A DNA stretch of 64,000 nt from Dictyostelium discoideum. Its lineage: Eukaryota. The translations under genes were made by a program, and so were the position numbers. This document shows positions 1-17,417 of this stretch, in pieces. How positions within the stretch are numbered: the stretch's first letter is position 1; every line of letters begins with the position of its first letter. The notes under the pieces were generated by a model. It was not told the origin of the DNA. It saw only the letters and a list, made by a program, of their open reading frames with translations, and did no database searches. The stretch lies in assembly GCA_000004695.1 (NCBI GenBank), contig CM000154.2, forward strand, positions 1,600,001 through 1,664,000. The letters are read 5' to 3'.

Positions 1-1
1 A

Positions 2-265
2 ATCTCACCAAATCAAAAGAGAACAATTATCCGTCAAACTAAAACTACAACAACAAGAATTTTTAAAAAACCAATCTCCTCAATGGAACCAATTACAAAA
101 ACTGAAATAACCTCAAAAACTATTACTAGACCTGTAACTGAAATTCCTTCTAATGATCCAAAATCAAAACCAAAATTATCAACTCAAACAAGTTATTCTG
201 TCGACCTTTCACACTTAAATAATAACTCTTGGGTTTGGGATAATGGTGAAACTAGAAAATTATAA
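2..265 (+). CDS. 3' terminal exon or C-terminal fragment of a gene that begins upstream of the window; product unknown
   Basis: Frame 2 is open from base 2 through the stop at 263-265 (...[33 protein letters not shown]...GETRKL*). The track ORF 83..265 is only the ATG-delimited part. No recognisable domain. Confidence 0.3.
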
Positions 266-275
266 AACTAAATAG

Positions 276-337
<62 letters not shown>

Positions 338-466
338 TATATTGTTTGTTATTTTCTCAAATTCATTTAATCATTTTAATTAGTAAATAAATAAAAAATT
401 TATATTGTAAATAAAAAAAAAAAAAAAAAAGATTTATATTTTAAAAATTAATTGTTTTTTATTTAT

Positions 467-764
467 TTATTTATTTTTATTTGATAAAATTTTTTTAAAT
501 TCTTTAATTGAAACCCATTCTTTAAGATAAATAAAAGTACAAGTTTGAATAAAACAAATTATACCAATTAATAAATGGATACATGTTGATTTAAAACTAA
601 CAGCATTATATATATACTTATTTGATAAATTTGTAATTATAAATGATATTATAAATGATAATAATACCATTTTATTTGGTATCATATTTGATAATTTAAT
701 ATCTTTAATATTTTTAAAAAATGATTTCATAAAATAAACACTATAAATAATTCTTAATAACATA

Positions 765-797
<33 letters not shown>

Positions 798-1249
798 AAA
801 ATAAAATAAGTGTGTTAATATAAAATAATATTAATATTTAAAAATTATTTTTTAAAAAAAATAAAATCTTACTTAAACAATTTGCTAAAATAATACCAAT
901 ATTTTGAAATAATTTACAAAATATTAAAGTGAATAATAAGTAAATGAAACCAATTATAATTAATACCCAATTAACAGTTTTTAATTGATCTTCTTTTGCA
1001 ACACTATGAACAAATGATTCAGAAACACCATTAATTGCTAAAAATCCAACATAAATACAATAGAAACCTAATAAAACACCAGCATTTGTATCTCTAAATT
1101 TATTATTATATAATAAATTTAATAATAAATGTGAAAAACCTGGTCCAAAACAAGTAAAAACTAATGAAACTAAAATTAAAAATTTCATAATTACAATTAA
1201 TACATTCGCACCATTTTTAAAATCATCATTATTATTATTATTTTCTTGA

Positions 1250-1308
<59 letters not shown>

Positions 1309-1708
1309 GATTGTTGGAAATAATTTTGGAAACATTAAAAAACAAGTTTCTTCAATTGGTAAAAATAAAAATCTAACAATTAATGAACCTAAATTTGATA
1401 CGATTGCAAAAATAGCTTGACCTTGATTTGTCTCTGAAAAGAATAAAACAAATTTTTCACCCTCTTGTAATAATAATTTATAAATTGATTGCCATGTATA
1501 AAGTAATGATAATTTAATTAAATTTCTATCAATTCTAGTTGAAAATTTTGGAAATAATTGATCAATTGATTTAAAACAATTTGAAAATTCTTTATTATCT
1601 TTATTTTTATTATTATTAATTATATTAATTAAAAAATATCCAAAATATCCAATTACTAATGTTAATGAATATAAAATTTGTGCATATCCAAATCCAATTA
1701 ATCCCATC

Positions 1709-1739
<31 letters not shown>

Positions 1740-2368
1740 TATATATATATATTAATATGTATATATTAATAATAAAATATAATAAATAAATAATTAATTA
1801 ATTAATTAATAATTACATTTAAAATTACAATAAAATAATAAGTTGAAAAAGTTTTAAAAAATAATGCAAAACCTTCAACTGTAGTTCTAATTTTAAAGAG
1901 TAATAAATTTTGAGCTAAAATATACATTGGTTCACTTAATAATTCTAATATTGAACTAATTGTAAATAATCTTAAACCGTAATGATAATTTAAGATTTCT
2001 AATGTTTCTTTTGTTGATGTGTAGAGGAAAAAGTTTTCAAAAATGATTGATAATCCAATACCAATTGGTAAAACTAACCATGATAAATTTATAACAGATT
2101 TTAAATTATTATCATTATTTAATTTATCTGTAATATTAACTCTTGTACATGCTCTTCTAATTGCTTCACGTGATAAAAATAAAATTATTGATGACAATAA
2201 TTGATATTGAATTGCTGATACTCCAAAAATACTATCATCAACTCCAACAATTACTAATGTATTAATAATAAATGTAAATAATCTTGATATAATTTGTAAT
2301 CCAATTAAATAGAATGCTCCAACTAAACCATTCTTTAATACATTTGATTCTGTTTGTGGTTGTTTCAT
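467..2368 (-). CDS. RFT1-family oligosaccharide (Man5GlcNAc2-PP-Dol) flippase homologue. Three exons: complement(join(467..765,873..1707,1817..2368))
   Basis: Clear similarity to yeast/human Rft1: N-terminal ISRLFTFIINTLVI.., LFLSREAIRRACTR, ILELLSEPMYILAQ; middle exon QGQAIFAIVSNLGSLIVRFLFLPIEE and VFTCFGPGFSHLLL...LAINGVSESFVHSVAKEDQLK. Multi-pass hydrophobic protein. The true ATG is at 2368; the track start at 2392 is a TTG. Introns GTAATT..AAG (1708-1816) and GTAAGA..AAG (766-872) keep the frame. Confidence 0.8.
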
Positions 2369-2407
2369 TTTATTTTTTTGTTTATTCCTCAAAAATTAAA
2401 AAATTAG

Positions 2408-2441
<34 letters not shown>

Positions 2442-2764
2442 AAATCCACCATCACAAATCTAAATCAAAAAAAAAAAAAAAACAGAATTTTCTTTTTCTT
2501 TTTATTATGATAAAGTATATTACAACTTTTAAGAAATTATTTTTTAATATAGTTTTTGATAATTATTTTTTTTTTTTTATTGTTTTTTTTTTTATTTTTT
2601 TTTTTTCTTTAAATAGAATTATACATTTGAAGATAAAAAGGTGGAGAAGGTAGGAAAAAGGAAGGAAGAGGAGGATTATTGTTATTACTGTAGTTTGTTT
2701 TTTTTTTTTTTTTAGTTTTTAATTTTTTAGTTTTTTTTTTTATTATTATTTATAATTATTATTA

Positions 2765-3564
2765 TTATTTATTTGATTTAATTAAACTAAAGAATTCAGC
2801 ACGAGTTCTAGAGTCTTTTTCAAAAATACCGCAAACAGATGAGGTGACAGTACTTGCACCTGGTTTTTGTACACCTCTCATAACCATACACATGTGTGAT
2901 GCTTCAATTACGACGGCAACACCCATTGGATTTAAGTGAGCTTGAATTGCTTGTGCTATTTGTCTGGTTAAACGTTCTTGAACTTGTAACCTTCTGGCAA
3001 AAATTTCAGCAACTCTTGCTAATTTACTTAAACCTAAAACTTTTTGATCTGGAATATAACCAATATGGCATTTACCATGGAATGGCACCATATGATGTTC
3101 ACATAATGAAAATATATCAATATCTCTGACAACAACCATCTATTTTTTTTGTAAAAATAAAAAATAAAAAAATAGTTAGTATTTATAGATCTATATAATT
3201 GTGTATGTTTATATATATAAAATTTTATATAAAAACTTACTTCATGATGATTTTCATTAAAAATTGCTTCACCAATAACTTCATCAACAGATTGCTCATA
3301 ACCTTGTGTAAAAAATAATAAAGCCTTTGACATTCTTAATGGTGTCTTTAATAAACCTTCTCTATCTGGATCTTCACCTAAACTACTTAATAATGTCTTT
3401 ACTGATGATTGCATTGTATTTAAAACTTCATGGTTATGGATTAATGGTTCTCTCTTCTTTCCAAAATCAACTAATTCCTTTCCTTTTCCATTTGATCTTT
3501 CATAAATTTCTTCATCTTCATTTTCAATATGATTATCTTGGTATGATTTTAAATTGTCACTCAT
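2765..3564 (-). CDS. gchA: GTP cyclohydrolase I. Two exons: complement(join(2765..3139,3241..3564))
   Basis: Near-identical to GCH1 over the catalytic core: IFNENHHE|[65 protein letters not shown]. Intron GTAAGT..ATAG (3140-3240) in phase 0. ATG at 3564. Confidence 0.9.
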
Positions 3565-4183
3565 TTTATTTTATTTGTATATGTATATGTTATTATTGTT
3601 ATTGCTAAAGTTTTATTTTTGTATAAACAATAATTGTTGGATTTTTGAATAATTTTAAAAAAATAAAATATAAAAAAAAAAAAAAATAAATTGTCAGAAT
3701 TTTTTTAATTTAGAAAATAAAATAAAAAAAAAAAAAAAAAATTGAAATGAAATAAAAAAATAAAAAAAAAAAAATGAAATAAAAAAATATTAAAAAAAAG
3801 TTAAAAAAATAAAAAAAATGTGAAAAAATGATTTAATTAATGTTGGTTGGATTATAAAACTTAAGCATTAAAGAAGTAATTTTATGCGGCATTGGTGGGT
3901 TGGGCTCTTTCTTTTTTAAATTCACTTTTTTAATATTTATGATATGTTTATTTCTAATCTTTGGTTTTATTTATTATTTATTGTTATTTTTATTTTTTTA
4001 TCACTTTTTTTTTTTTTTTTTTTTTTTATTGGGCCAAAGAATGTGGTTGTGAAAGTATGAATAATTACATTTATAGAATAGTTTTTTTTATTTAATTTGG
4101 GTTTAATTTTTTTTTTTTTAATTTTTTTTTTTTTTAAAATTACATATATGTCGTGTTGCTTATAATTAGTTTTTAAGATTTCT

Positions 4184-4219
<36 letters not shown>

Positions 4220-4661
4220 AAAAAAAATTGTAGTATGAAAAAAAATGAAAAATTAATGAGAAAAAAAAAAAAAAAGAAAAAAATATTTTTCCTTTTTCTA
4301 GAACGAAAGAATGTTCCCAATTTTTTAAAATTTTTTTTTTTGAATTTTTTTTTTTTTAAATATCCCAAATATTCTGCAAACATTTTTTACAATTTTAAGA
4401 AAACCTATGGTTTATTTTTGATACCATCAAAAAAAACTAAAAAAAATTAAAAAATAAAAAAAAAAAAAAAAAAAAAAAAAACTATCAAGATATTTTTTTT
4501 TTTTTTTTATATCATCATAATTATCAAAACAAATAAATTTTATAAAAAAAAATATAATAAATAAATAAAAAAAAAAACAAAAAACACTAAAAATAGAAAT
4601 AAACTATCAAGATATTTTATTTTTTTATTCTTTTATTTTTTTATTTTTTTATTTTATTTTT

Positions 4662-5141
4662 TTATAAACCTAAATCTGATAAACTTGGATGATCATCAGG
4701 TCTTTTACCGCATGGCCAATGAAATAATCTTTGTGATTCACTAATTGAGAGATCATTTATTGATGCATGTCTTTGAACCATTAGACCAAATTCATTGAAT
4801 TCCCAATTTTCATTTCCATATGATCTAAACCAATTACCATTTAAATCTTTCCATTCATATGCAAATCTGACGGCAATTCTATTACTACCAGCTTGAAATG
4901 TCCACAACTCTTTAATTAGTCTATATTCAACCTCTTTTTCCCATTTCTTTTTTAAAAATTCAACAACTTGTGTTCTACCATTAATAAATTCATTCCTATT
5001 TCTCCATTTTGTATCCAAACTGTATGCAAGTGAAACAGTTTCTGCATTCCTTGAATTCCATGCATCTTCTGCCATTCTAACTTTTTTAATTGCATCTTCA
5101 ATATTATTAAATGGTGGTACTGGTAATTTTATTTCTTGCAT
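4662..5141 (-). CDS. DUF1348 (PF07080)-type small conserved protein, single exon
   Basis: [110 protein letters not shown] matches the bacterial/fungal DUF1348 family end-to-end. True ATG at 5141; the track start at 5147 is a TTG. Confidence 0.8.
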   Translation of the reverse strand: MQEIKLPVPPFNNIEDAIKKVRMAEDAWNSRNAETVSLAYSLDTKWRNRNEFINGRTQVVEFLKKKWEKEVEYRLIKELWTFQAGSNRIAVRFAYEWKDLNGNWFRSYGNENWEFNEFGLMVQRHASINDLSISESQRLFHWPCGKRPDDHPSLSDLGL

Positions 5142-5484
5142 TTTCAAATTATTATTATTATTATTTTTATTATTATTTTTCTTTAAACTTTTCTTATTTT
5201 TTTATTTTATTATATTTTTCTCAACTAAAATACCTATATATATATGTTTTATTTTAATTTTAAAATTTTATTTTTTTTTTTAAAAATTAAATTGGATTCT
5301 GTTCTATTGATTCTATTAATCTTTGAATTTTTTGGATTAAAAAGAAAATTCTTTTTGTTGTCAATGAAAATAAAATTAAAAAAAAAAATCTTTTTTTATT
5401 TTTTTTTATTTTTTTTTAATTTTTTTTTTTAATTTCGACAAAAAAGTGTGTGTTGATTTTTTTTTTTTTTAATGTGTGAGGAAG

Positions 5485-7192
5485 ATGATATCATATGAAT
5501 ATTGTGATAGTAGTGATAGCTTCTATTTTAATGATATTCAAGATTTTGATTTTAACCCATGGATAGAAGTAAAAAGTGTTTCTGAAAAAGGTAGATGTGT
5601 ATTTTCAAAGAAATTCATACCAAAGGGTACAATGGTATTTAGGGATATCCCATATGCCGCAATCGTTGATAATCAATTCAAAAGAAATATTTGTACAACT
5701 TGTTTTAAAATTTTATTAGAATCAAATAGACATAATTTTCAAACATGTCCTTCTTGTTTGTGAGTTTATTTTTTTTTTTTTTCTTTTTGTTTAATTTTTT
5801 ACCCCCTCCACCATTTAAAATTTTCCCACTAATCTATTTTTTCTTTTTTTTTTTTTTTAAATTTTTAGTCAAGTTAATTATTGTTCAAATTATTGTAAAC
5901 AGTATAGTAAAATTGAAACTAAACATACAGAATTAGAATGTAAATGGATTCAAGATTTCACAGTTTCATTTAAACATCAAATGGCAGAAGATGATAGAAA
6001 TATTGTATTATTAGTATTAAAAATTTTAGCTAGAAGAATTCATGAAAAACAATCTACAATATTTCATAATAAACCTTTAACAACCAATACTTTTGAAACT
6101 TGTACAAGTAATAATAATAATATAGACTTATTACCAATGATACCAAATGATATACCAGATTTAATTGATCATCTAGATGATTATTTCATTAATTCTAAAA
6201 ATAATAATGAATTTGAAAATGAAGAAGAAGAAGAAGAAGAACAAGAACAAAAAGGAGAAGGAGAACAAGAAGAAAATGAAAATAATGAAAATAATGAAAA
6301 AGTTAAAAAAAAAGTAATAATAATAGATGATAATGAAAAAGAAAAAGAAGAAATAAAGAAATTTAATAAAATTTGGAAAAATGATTTTAAAAGATTAATT
6401 AATATTGCCAAAGTTATTCAAATAATTATTGATGATTCAATAGATAGTTTGGAAAATATAAAATGTGATTATGGATTTGTTGATAATCAAGGTGATACTG
6501 AAATGGTTGATAATTCAATTGATCCAAAAGGATTAGATAAATTGGTTGATAATTTATCAAGTTCAGATTTAAATATCTTAAGATTATTATGTAAAATTAG
6601 AGCAAATTATTTTGGTTTATGGAATTCTGCTTATAAACCAATACCATTAAATTCAATTGATGATGATGATGATGATAATAATAATAATAAAGAGAAACCA
6701 AATAATGATTATTTATGGTGTGGATCTGGTGTATATTTAAAATTGTCATTATTTAATCATAGTTGTTTTCCAAATTGTACAACTTTAATTGAATATAATA
6801 TAAATAAAAAGAATAGTAATAATAATAATGGTAATAATGGTAATAATAATAGTTATGGTGATACTAATCAATTAACAATTTCAATTATAACATTACGTGA
6901 TATTGAAGAGAATCAAGAGTTATTAATTACTTATATACCTTTGAATCAAAAAATTAATGATAGAGTAAAGAGTTTAAAATCAAATTGGCTCTTTCAATGT
7001 GATTGTAAACGTTGTCATTTCGAAAAGATAAATGAAAATCAAACTGAAAAAATTTATAAAGATTCTTGTTGTACAAATCAAAAGTGTTCTGGTGGTTTAT
7101 TGATACCATTGGAACAAAATTCAACTCAAGGTATATGTAGAGTTTGTAAAAACACTTATACATTACCAACTGTATTCTATCCACTAAAATAA
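5485..7192 (+). CDS. SET- and MYND-domain protein (SMYD-like lysine methyltransferase). join(5485..5759,5869..7192)
   Basis: MYND zinc finger spans the intron: CTTCFKIL..QTCPSC-L|F-QVNYCSNYCKQY..H..ECKW. SET core NHSCFPNCTT and post-SET CDCKRCHFEK. Acidic/poly-N insert. Intron GTGAGT..TTTAG (5760-5868). The track start at 5476 is a GTG; the first in-frame ATG is at 5485. Confidence 0.8.
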
Positions 7193-7200
7193 ACATGTAG

Positions 7201-7262
<62 letters not shown>

Positions 7263-7319
7263 ATAATAATGATAATAATAAAAATAAATAAATAAAAAAA
7301 AGTATTATTTCTTTCTTTT

Positions 7320-7359
<40 letters not shown>

Positions 7360-7943
7360 TTTTTAAAAAAAATCCACTTAATTTTAAGGGTTTGGAATTG
7401 TATAAAATCCCAAAGGTTAAGATTGTGTCTTTTAAAAAAGTAATGGTTTTCAGTAAAAGAAAAGATTAAGATGGTGTCTTTTAATAAACCAAAAGATAAA
7501 AAGAATATTATTTAAAACACGTAATCGTTTTATTTTTTTATTTTTTTTTGGGTAATAAAATTAGGTGTTGTAATGGAATAAAGAATATAGAATATGGAAT
7601 ATGGTATTTTTTTTTTTTTTATTCCTTTCCTAACAAAAAAAAAAAAAACGATAAAAAAAAAAAATAATAAAAAAAAATTATGATCAAATACTCAACTCAA
7701 ATAATAGTTTTGGGGTTATAAATAATTAATAATAATATTTCGATCCAGTTTCATTTTTGAAAATAAAATAAAAAAAATAAAAAAAATAAAAAAAAAAATA
7801 AAAAAATGAAAAAATAAATTATTTTTTGTTTTTTTTTTTTATTTTTTTAATTTTTAAAATTTCGTAGGGTTGTATAAATGCACATAAAATTATTTAATAT
7901 CAAATAGAATCAAATAAAAAAAGTATATAAAAATATATATAGC

Positions 7944-8049
7944 ATGTCAAAAAGAGTTAGTGCATTTGGAGCTGAGGGTGATGATGAACCTCAAGAAAAA
8001 CCAATGAAACCTTTTATATCATTTAGTAGTAATATCAATAACAACAATA

Positions 8050-8116
<67 letters not shown>

Positions 8117-11100
8117 TAATATTGGAACTGGAATTAATTTAAATATTAAAAATAATAATAATATAAATAATAATAATAATAAAAGTGGTTTCCCAGTTAA
8201 AAAATCAAGATTTAATGGAGAGGATGATGACGATGATTATTTCTTTTCAAATGTTCCACCTAAATCATCAATGACCACATTAAATAAATCTCCACCAAAC
8301 TTTGAAAATGCTAGTAGCAACAACAATAACAACAATAATAATAATAATCAAGAATCTGATAGTAAAAATCAAAATGAAGATGAAGACGATGAAATCGATC
8401 CATTAGATGCATTCATGGAAAATGTCAATGCACAAGCGGCAATTGATAACAGTAAATCCATTGAAAAAGGGCAACAGCAACAGCAATCACTAAAAGTATT
8501 GTATTTTCTTCACCACCATCTCGCTGGGATACAAAACTTTCATTTTGTCCACTACTAATTTTCACCCCTTTTTCTATAATTAATCTCTTTTTTTTTTTTT
8601 AAAAAAAAAAAATATTTATAAATAATTATAATAATAATTTTTATAATAAATAATAATAATAATTATAATTTTTATTATTATTATTATTATTTTTTTTTGT
8701 AATCATATTGATACAAAAAAATAAATAAAATAAAATAAAATAAAATAAAATAAAATAAAATAAAATAAAATAAAATAAATTTATAAAGTCTAAAAGAGAT
8801 GATATTGATAATGAAGATGATGAAGAAATATTCTATAAATTAAGACAAAAGCAATTGGCTAACAAATCATCAAAACAACAACAAGATGATGATGTAGATT
8901 ATTCAAGTTTAGACGAGTAAGTGACACCACAATTATATATAGATAAAAATATATTTAATTATTTTATTAATTCATTTTTTTTTTTTTTTTTTAATAATTT
9001 TTTTTTTTAGTGATGATGGATATTTTGATGATGAAGAATCATTAAAGAATGGTCAAAGTAAAGGTAAAAGAATTATTGAACCATTACCACCAATTGACCA
9101 TTCAAAAGAGGAATACATTGAGTTTAATAAAATCTTTTATGAAGAACATCCAGATATTGCCAATTTAACAGAAGAACAAGTATTTGAAATTAGAAAGAAT
9201 TTAGATATTAGAATGACAGGTACTGATTTAATTAATCCTGTCACTTCATTTGGTCATTATGGTTTCGATGATATTTTATTACAAGCTATAGCAAAACAAT
9301 CAATTGAAACACCAACACCAATTCAAAAACAAGCCATCCCCATCGCATTGTCAGGTCGTGATTTAATTGCAATTGCTAAAACCGGTTCTGGTAAAACCGC
9401 TACTTTCATTTGGCCTTCCATTTCACACATTATGGATCAACCCTATCTTGAAAAAGGTGATGGTCCAATCGCTTTATTCTTGGCACCAACTAGAGAATTG
9501 GCTCATCAAATTTATTTAGAAACTTTAAAATATTCAAAATATTTTAAATTAAAGTAAGTAATTTTAAAAAAAAAAAAAAAATGAAAAAAAAATTATTTAA
9601 TAAATTAAATATTTTTGATATTAATATTTTCCTTTTTTTTTATTTTTTTATAATAATATTAAATAGAACAACAGTATTATATGGTGGTGTATCAAAACAA
9701 CAACAATGTAAAGAATTAAAAGCAGGATGTGAAATTATTGTAGCAACACCTGGTAGATTAATAGATATGATAAAATTAAAAGCAACCAAATTAAATCGTG
9801 TTAGTTATTTAGTATTGGATGAAGCTGATAAAATGTTTGATTTCGGATTTGGACCACAAGTGTTATCAATTGTTAATCATGTTAGACCAGATAGACAAAC
9901 ATTATTATTTTCTGCTACTTTCAAACCAAATGTTGAAGAATTTGCACGTACTATTCTATCAGATCCAATAAAGATTTCAATTGGTATGATTGGTAGTGCC
10001 AATTCTGATATCACCCAAATCGTTCAAGTTTTAAAATCAGATTCTGACAAATGGAATTGGCTAACCAATCAACTAGCACTACTATTGAGCCAAGGTAGTG
10101 TATTAATCTTTGTTAGTACCAAAGTTGCCGTGGAACAATTGTCAAGCAATTTAACAAAATTTGGCTTTCAAACATGTACATTACATGGTGACAAGAATCA
10201 AATTGAAAGATCACAAACTATTCAAACTTTTAAAGAGGGAAAGATTAACATTTTAATTGCCACTGATGTTGCAGCTAGAGGTTTAGATATTCCATTGATT
10301 AAGAATGTAGTAAATTATGATACATCAAGAGACATTGAATCACATACTCATCGTATTGGTAGAACTGGAAGAGCAGGTAATACTGGTGTTGCTTATACTT
10401 TAATAACTCCAAAGGATATTCATTTCTCTGTTGATTTAATTAAAAATTTAGAATCTGCAAGTCAATTTGTGCCACCTGAATTAATAGATGTTGCAATGAA
10501 TAATCCTCATTTCAAAAGAGAAAGAGGAGGCGGTGGTGGTGGTTCAAATAGAGGTAGAGGCAGAGGTGGTGGCGGTGTGGGTTATCGTAGAAATAGTAGA
10601 GGCGGTGGTGTAGCTTTTAATAGTAATAGAGATAGCAGTAGAAGTGATTCTCAAAATAAATTTATTCCTGCACAATCTGTCGAGGGTGGAAGGTTATTTA
10701 ATCCAAATAATACAGATAATAGTGAAATCAATAATGAAAATGAAAAAAGTATCAATAATGAAAATAAATTCAGTAATAATAATAGTGGCTCAAGCAATGA
10801 TAGAAACAGCATTAACTACAGAAATAATAGTTTCAATAATAATAGTAATAATACTAATAATAGTGGAAACAGTAACTTCAACAATAGCAATAGCAACAAT
10901 GGCTACAGCAATAATAACTATAATAATAATTATAAAAATAATAGTAATTATAACAATAGTAATAATAATAATAATAGCTATTATAATAATAACAATAGTA
11001 ATAATAACAATAATAGTAATTATAATAATAGTAGTAATAATAACAATAATAATAATAATAATTATAGGAATGGCAATAATAATAATAATTATAACAACAA

Positions 11101-11404
11101 TAACTATTATAATAATAACAATAGTAATAATAACAGTAGCAATAATAACAATAGTAATAATAACAGTAGCAATAATAACTTCAACAATAACTTTAACAAT
11201 AATAATAATAATAATGATAATAGTAATTTCAATAGAGCTTTACCTTTTAATGATTTTAATAATAATAATAATAATAGTAATAATAATAACTTTAATTACA
11301 ACAATAACTTCAATAATAGTTATAATGCTAATAATAGTAACCACTACAAGAATAACAATAACTCCAATAATTTTAACCAACGTTCTCAATACAATAGACG
11401 ATAA
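7944..11404 (+). CDS. ddx42: ATP-dependent DEAD-box RNA helicase DDX42 (SF3b125) homologue. join(7944..8495,8789..8916,9011..9553,9667..11404)
   Basis: Collinear with human DDX42 across all exons: DPLDAFMENVNAQAAI; RDDIDNEDDEEIFYKLRQK; IIEPLPPIDHSKEEY..NLTEEQ..; Q-motif/motif I TPTPIQKQAIPIALSGRDLIAIAKTGSGKT; PTRELA; DEAD; SAT; HRIGRTGRAG; C-terminal Gly-rich RGG then a poly-N/Y tail. Introns GTATTG../AAAG, GTAAGT../TTTAG, GTAAGT../ATAG. Confidence 0.9.
8701..8776. repeat. (AAAAT)n pentanucleotide repeat within ddx42 intron 1
   Basis: aaataaaataaaataaaat... about 14 units. Confidence 0.9.
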
Positions 11405-11472
11405 AACATTAATAAATCTTTTTTTTTTTTTTTTATTTTTATTTTTAAAAACTAAAAATTCTTTTAATAAAT

Positions 11473-15213
<3,741 letters not shown>

Positions 15214-15237
15214 TATTTAATAATTATAATCTTTTGA

Positions 15238-15268
<31 letters not shown>

Positions 15269-16072
15269 AGAAAAACTGATAAAAAAAAAAAAAGTTAGAA
15301 AAAATTAAGAAATTTAAAAAAAAAGAAAAAATATCTTTTTTTATTTTTATTTTATTTTATTTTATTTTTTAAAATAAGATATTTTTGTGAAAAGTGTTTA
15401 AATGAAATTAAAAAAAAAAAAAAATAACTGAACTTCTCAAAAATTTTATTTTTTTTATTTTTTTTTTATTTATTTTATTGTTTTATTCATTTTATTTTTA
15501 TTTTTATTTTTTTTAAATGAAGTATTCTGTTTTTTTTTTTTTAAATTGATTGACATTTTGATTGAAATTATACTCTGGTAAATAAAACAAAACTATTTTT
15601 AAAATTAATCTCACCTTCCAATTTGTTTGTTGCCATGTTTCGCTTTGATCACATTTTGATTTTTTTTTCCTTTTTTTTTTAATTTTCAATTTTTTTTTTA
15701 TTTTTTTCATTTTTTTATGAAAATTTTTGGTAACCATCGCATCGCGTGATTAAAACGTTTTAATTAATATTTTTTTGAATTATTTTTTTTTTTAAATTTT
15801 TTTTTTTTTTTTTTTTTGCGCACATTTATAACTATTAATAACAATTTAACCTTACAACTTTGTTTTATTTATATTTATATTTACTGGGTTTCCTTTTCTA
15901 TAAAAAAAAAAATAAAAAAATAAAAAAAAAAAATAAACACCAAAAAAAAATAAAAAAATAAAAAAATAAAAATAAAAAAAAAATAAAAATATAAATATAA
16001 AAAAATAAAAAAATATTTAAAAAAAAAAAACCCTTTTTTCAGTAATATTATTTATAATTGCATACAATTATA
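15214..16072. promoter_or_regulatory. Bidirectional promoter region between the divergently transcribed orphan gene (minus) and the PI4KB gene (plus)
   Basis: Both ATGs face away from this AT-only interval. It contains one isolated GC-rich near-palindrome, ggtaaccatcgcatcgcgtgatt (15732-15754). Confidence 0.35.
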
Positions 16073-16549
16073 ATGAATAAAATAAGTGATACAATAATTA
16101 TTACCTCTACATCAAATGAAGATGAAGTAGATAATAATAACAATAATAATAATTTAAAAGAAATTGATCGCTCACCTAGAGTGAATAATAATAATAATAA
16201 TATTTTGACCAATGTAAATAATAATAAAAACAATACTATTACTAGTAGTGGCGGTAGTGATAGTAGCAGTAGTAGTAGTAATAATAATAATAATAAAATA
16301 AAAAAAAGTAAAAAACATAAAGAAAAAGAACACATGGATTCAATCGTTAAATTATATTCTGGTAAATTTGATTCTTGGATGGTGATTTGCCATCTTTTTA
16401 AATATAGGGATAACCCAGGTATAGTTGATTTTTTATGTAATAAAATGTATAATTTAGAAGATAAAGATATTGATTTCTATATAACCCAACTTTGGTAAGT
16501 TTAATAATATTTCAAAAATTATTTATATTAATATATATATTTTTCAAAA

Positions 16550-16603
<54 letters not shown>

Positions 16604-17371
16604 ATAAAAAAAATTTTTGCCAACACTTTTTTTTTTTATTACTTAATTTAATTAACTAATTATTTATTATAATTATTATTATTTAGTATATTATTAATTA
16701 ATCAACCACATGATCAAAAAGCATCATTTTCATCATTAGCAAGATTTATCTTGGATAGATGTGCAAGTTCATTTAGGTTTGCAATAAAAGCATATTGGAT
16801 TTTTCAAGCATTTGAAGAGGATGGAGAGAAAAATTTATTCAGTATTGAAGGTAGTGTATATTTGCATTCACCTTCAACATCACCAAAAGATGTACCAATG
16901 TATAGTAATGATCAAATAGTTCCTATAGATTTAGATAAAATATATAATCAAAGCCAATATGATGATGATGATTTCGATCTGTCTGATGATGATGGTGGTT
17001 TTGAAATAATAAAAAAAAATGACCATCATTATGAAAATGATCATCATATTGAAAATGATCCTAAGAAAGATATAAATAGCAATAACAATAATAATAATAA
17101 TATTAATAATAATAATAGTAATAATGATGATAATAATAATAATGAAATTTTGCCAAATGAAAATAGCGATAATAGTATAAATGATGAAAACAACCAATAT
17201 GGAAATAGTAATAATAATAATAATATTAGTGGTGAAAATGATAATATAAAAATCGATATAAATAGTCAGAATAAGAGTGATAGTAATATAGAAACATTAA
17301 ATTCAACATTATGCGAAGAAACAAAGACATCACCAATAAAGGATGATATGGAAAATAATAATAATAATAAC

Positions 17372-17417
<46 letters not shown>

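Noticed and set aside
5476-5476. ORF-track start codons at 5476, 16058, 2392, 5147, 31571, 16751, 18433 and 25002
   Set aside because: These correspond to TTG/GTG codons (the track uses a prokaryotic start set). In this eukaryote only ATG starts were accepted, and internal ones were treated as exon-internal.
8496-8558. C-terminal tail of ORF 7944..8558 (…VLYFLHHHLAGIQNFHFVHY) and similar tails on other ORFs (e.g. 29359-29439, 5760-5763, 1708-1801)
   Set aside because: Read-through into introns after GT donor sites. The homology to DDX42, GCH1, Rft1 and others continues only when the intron is removed.
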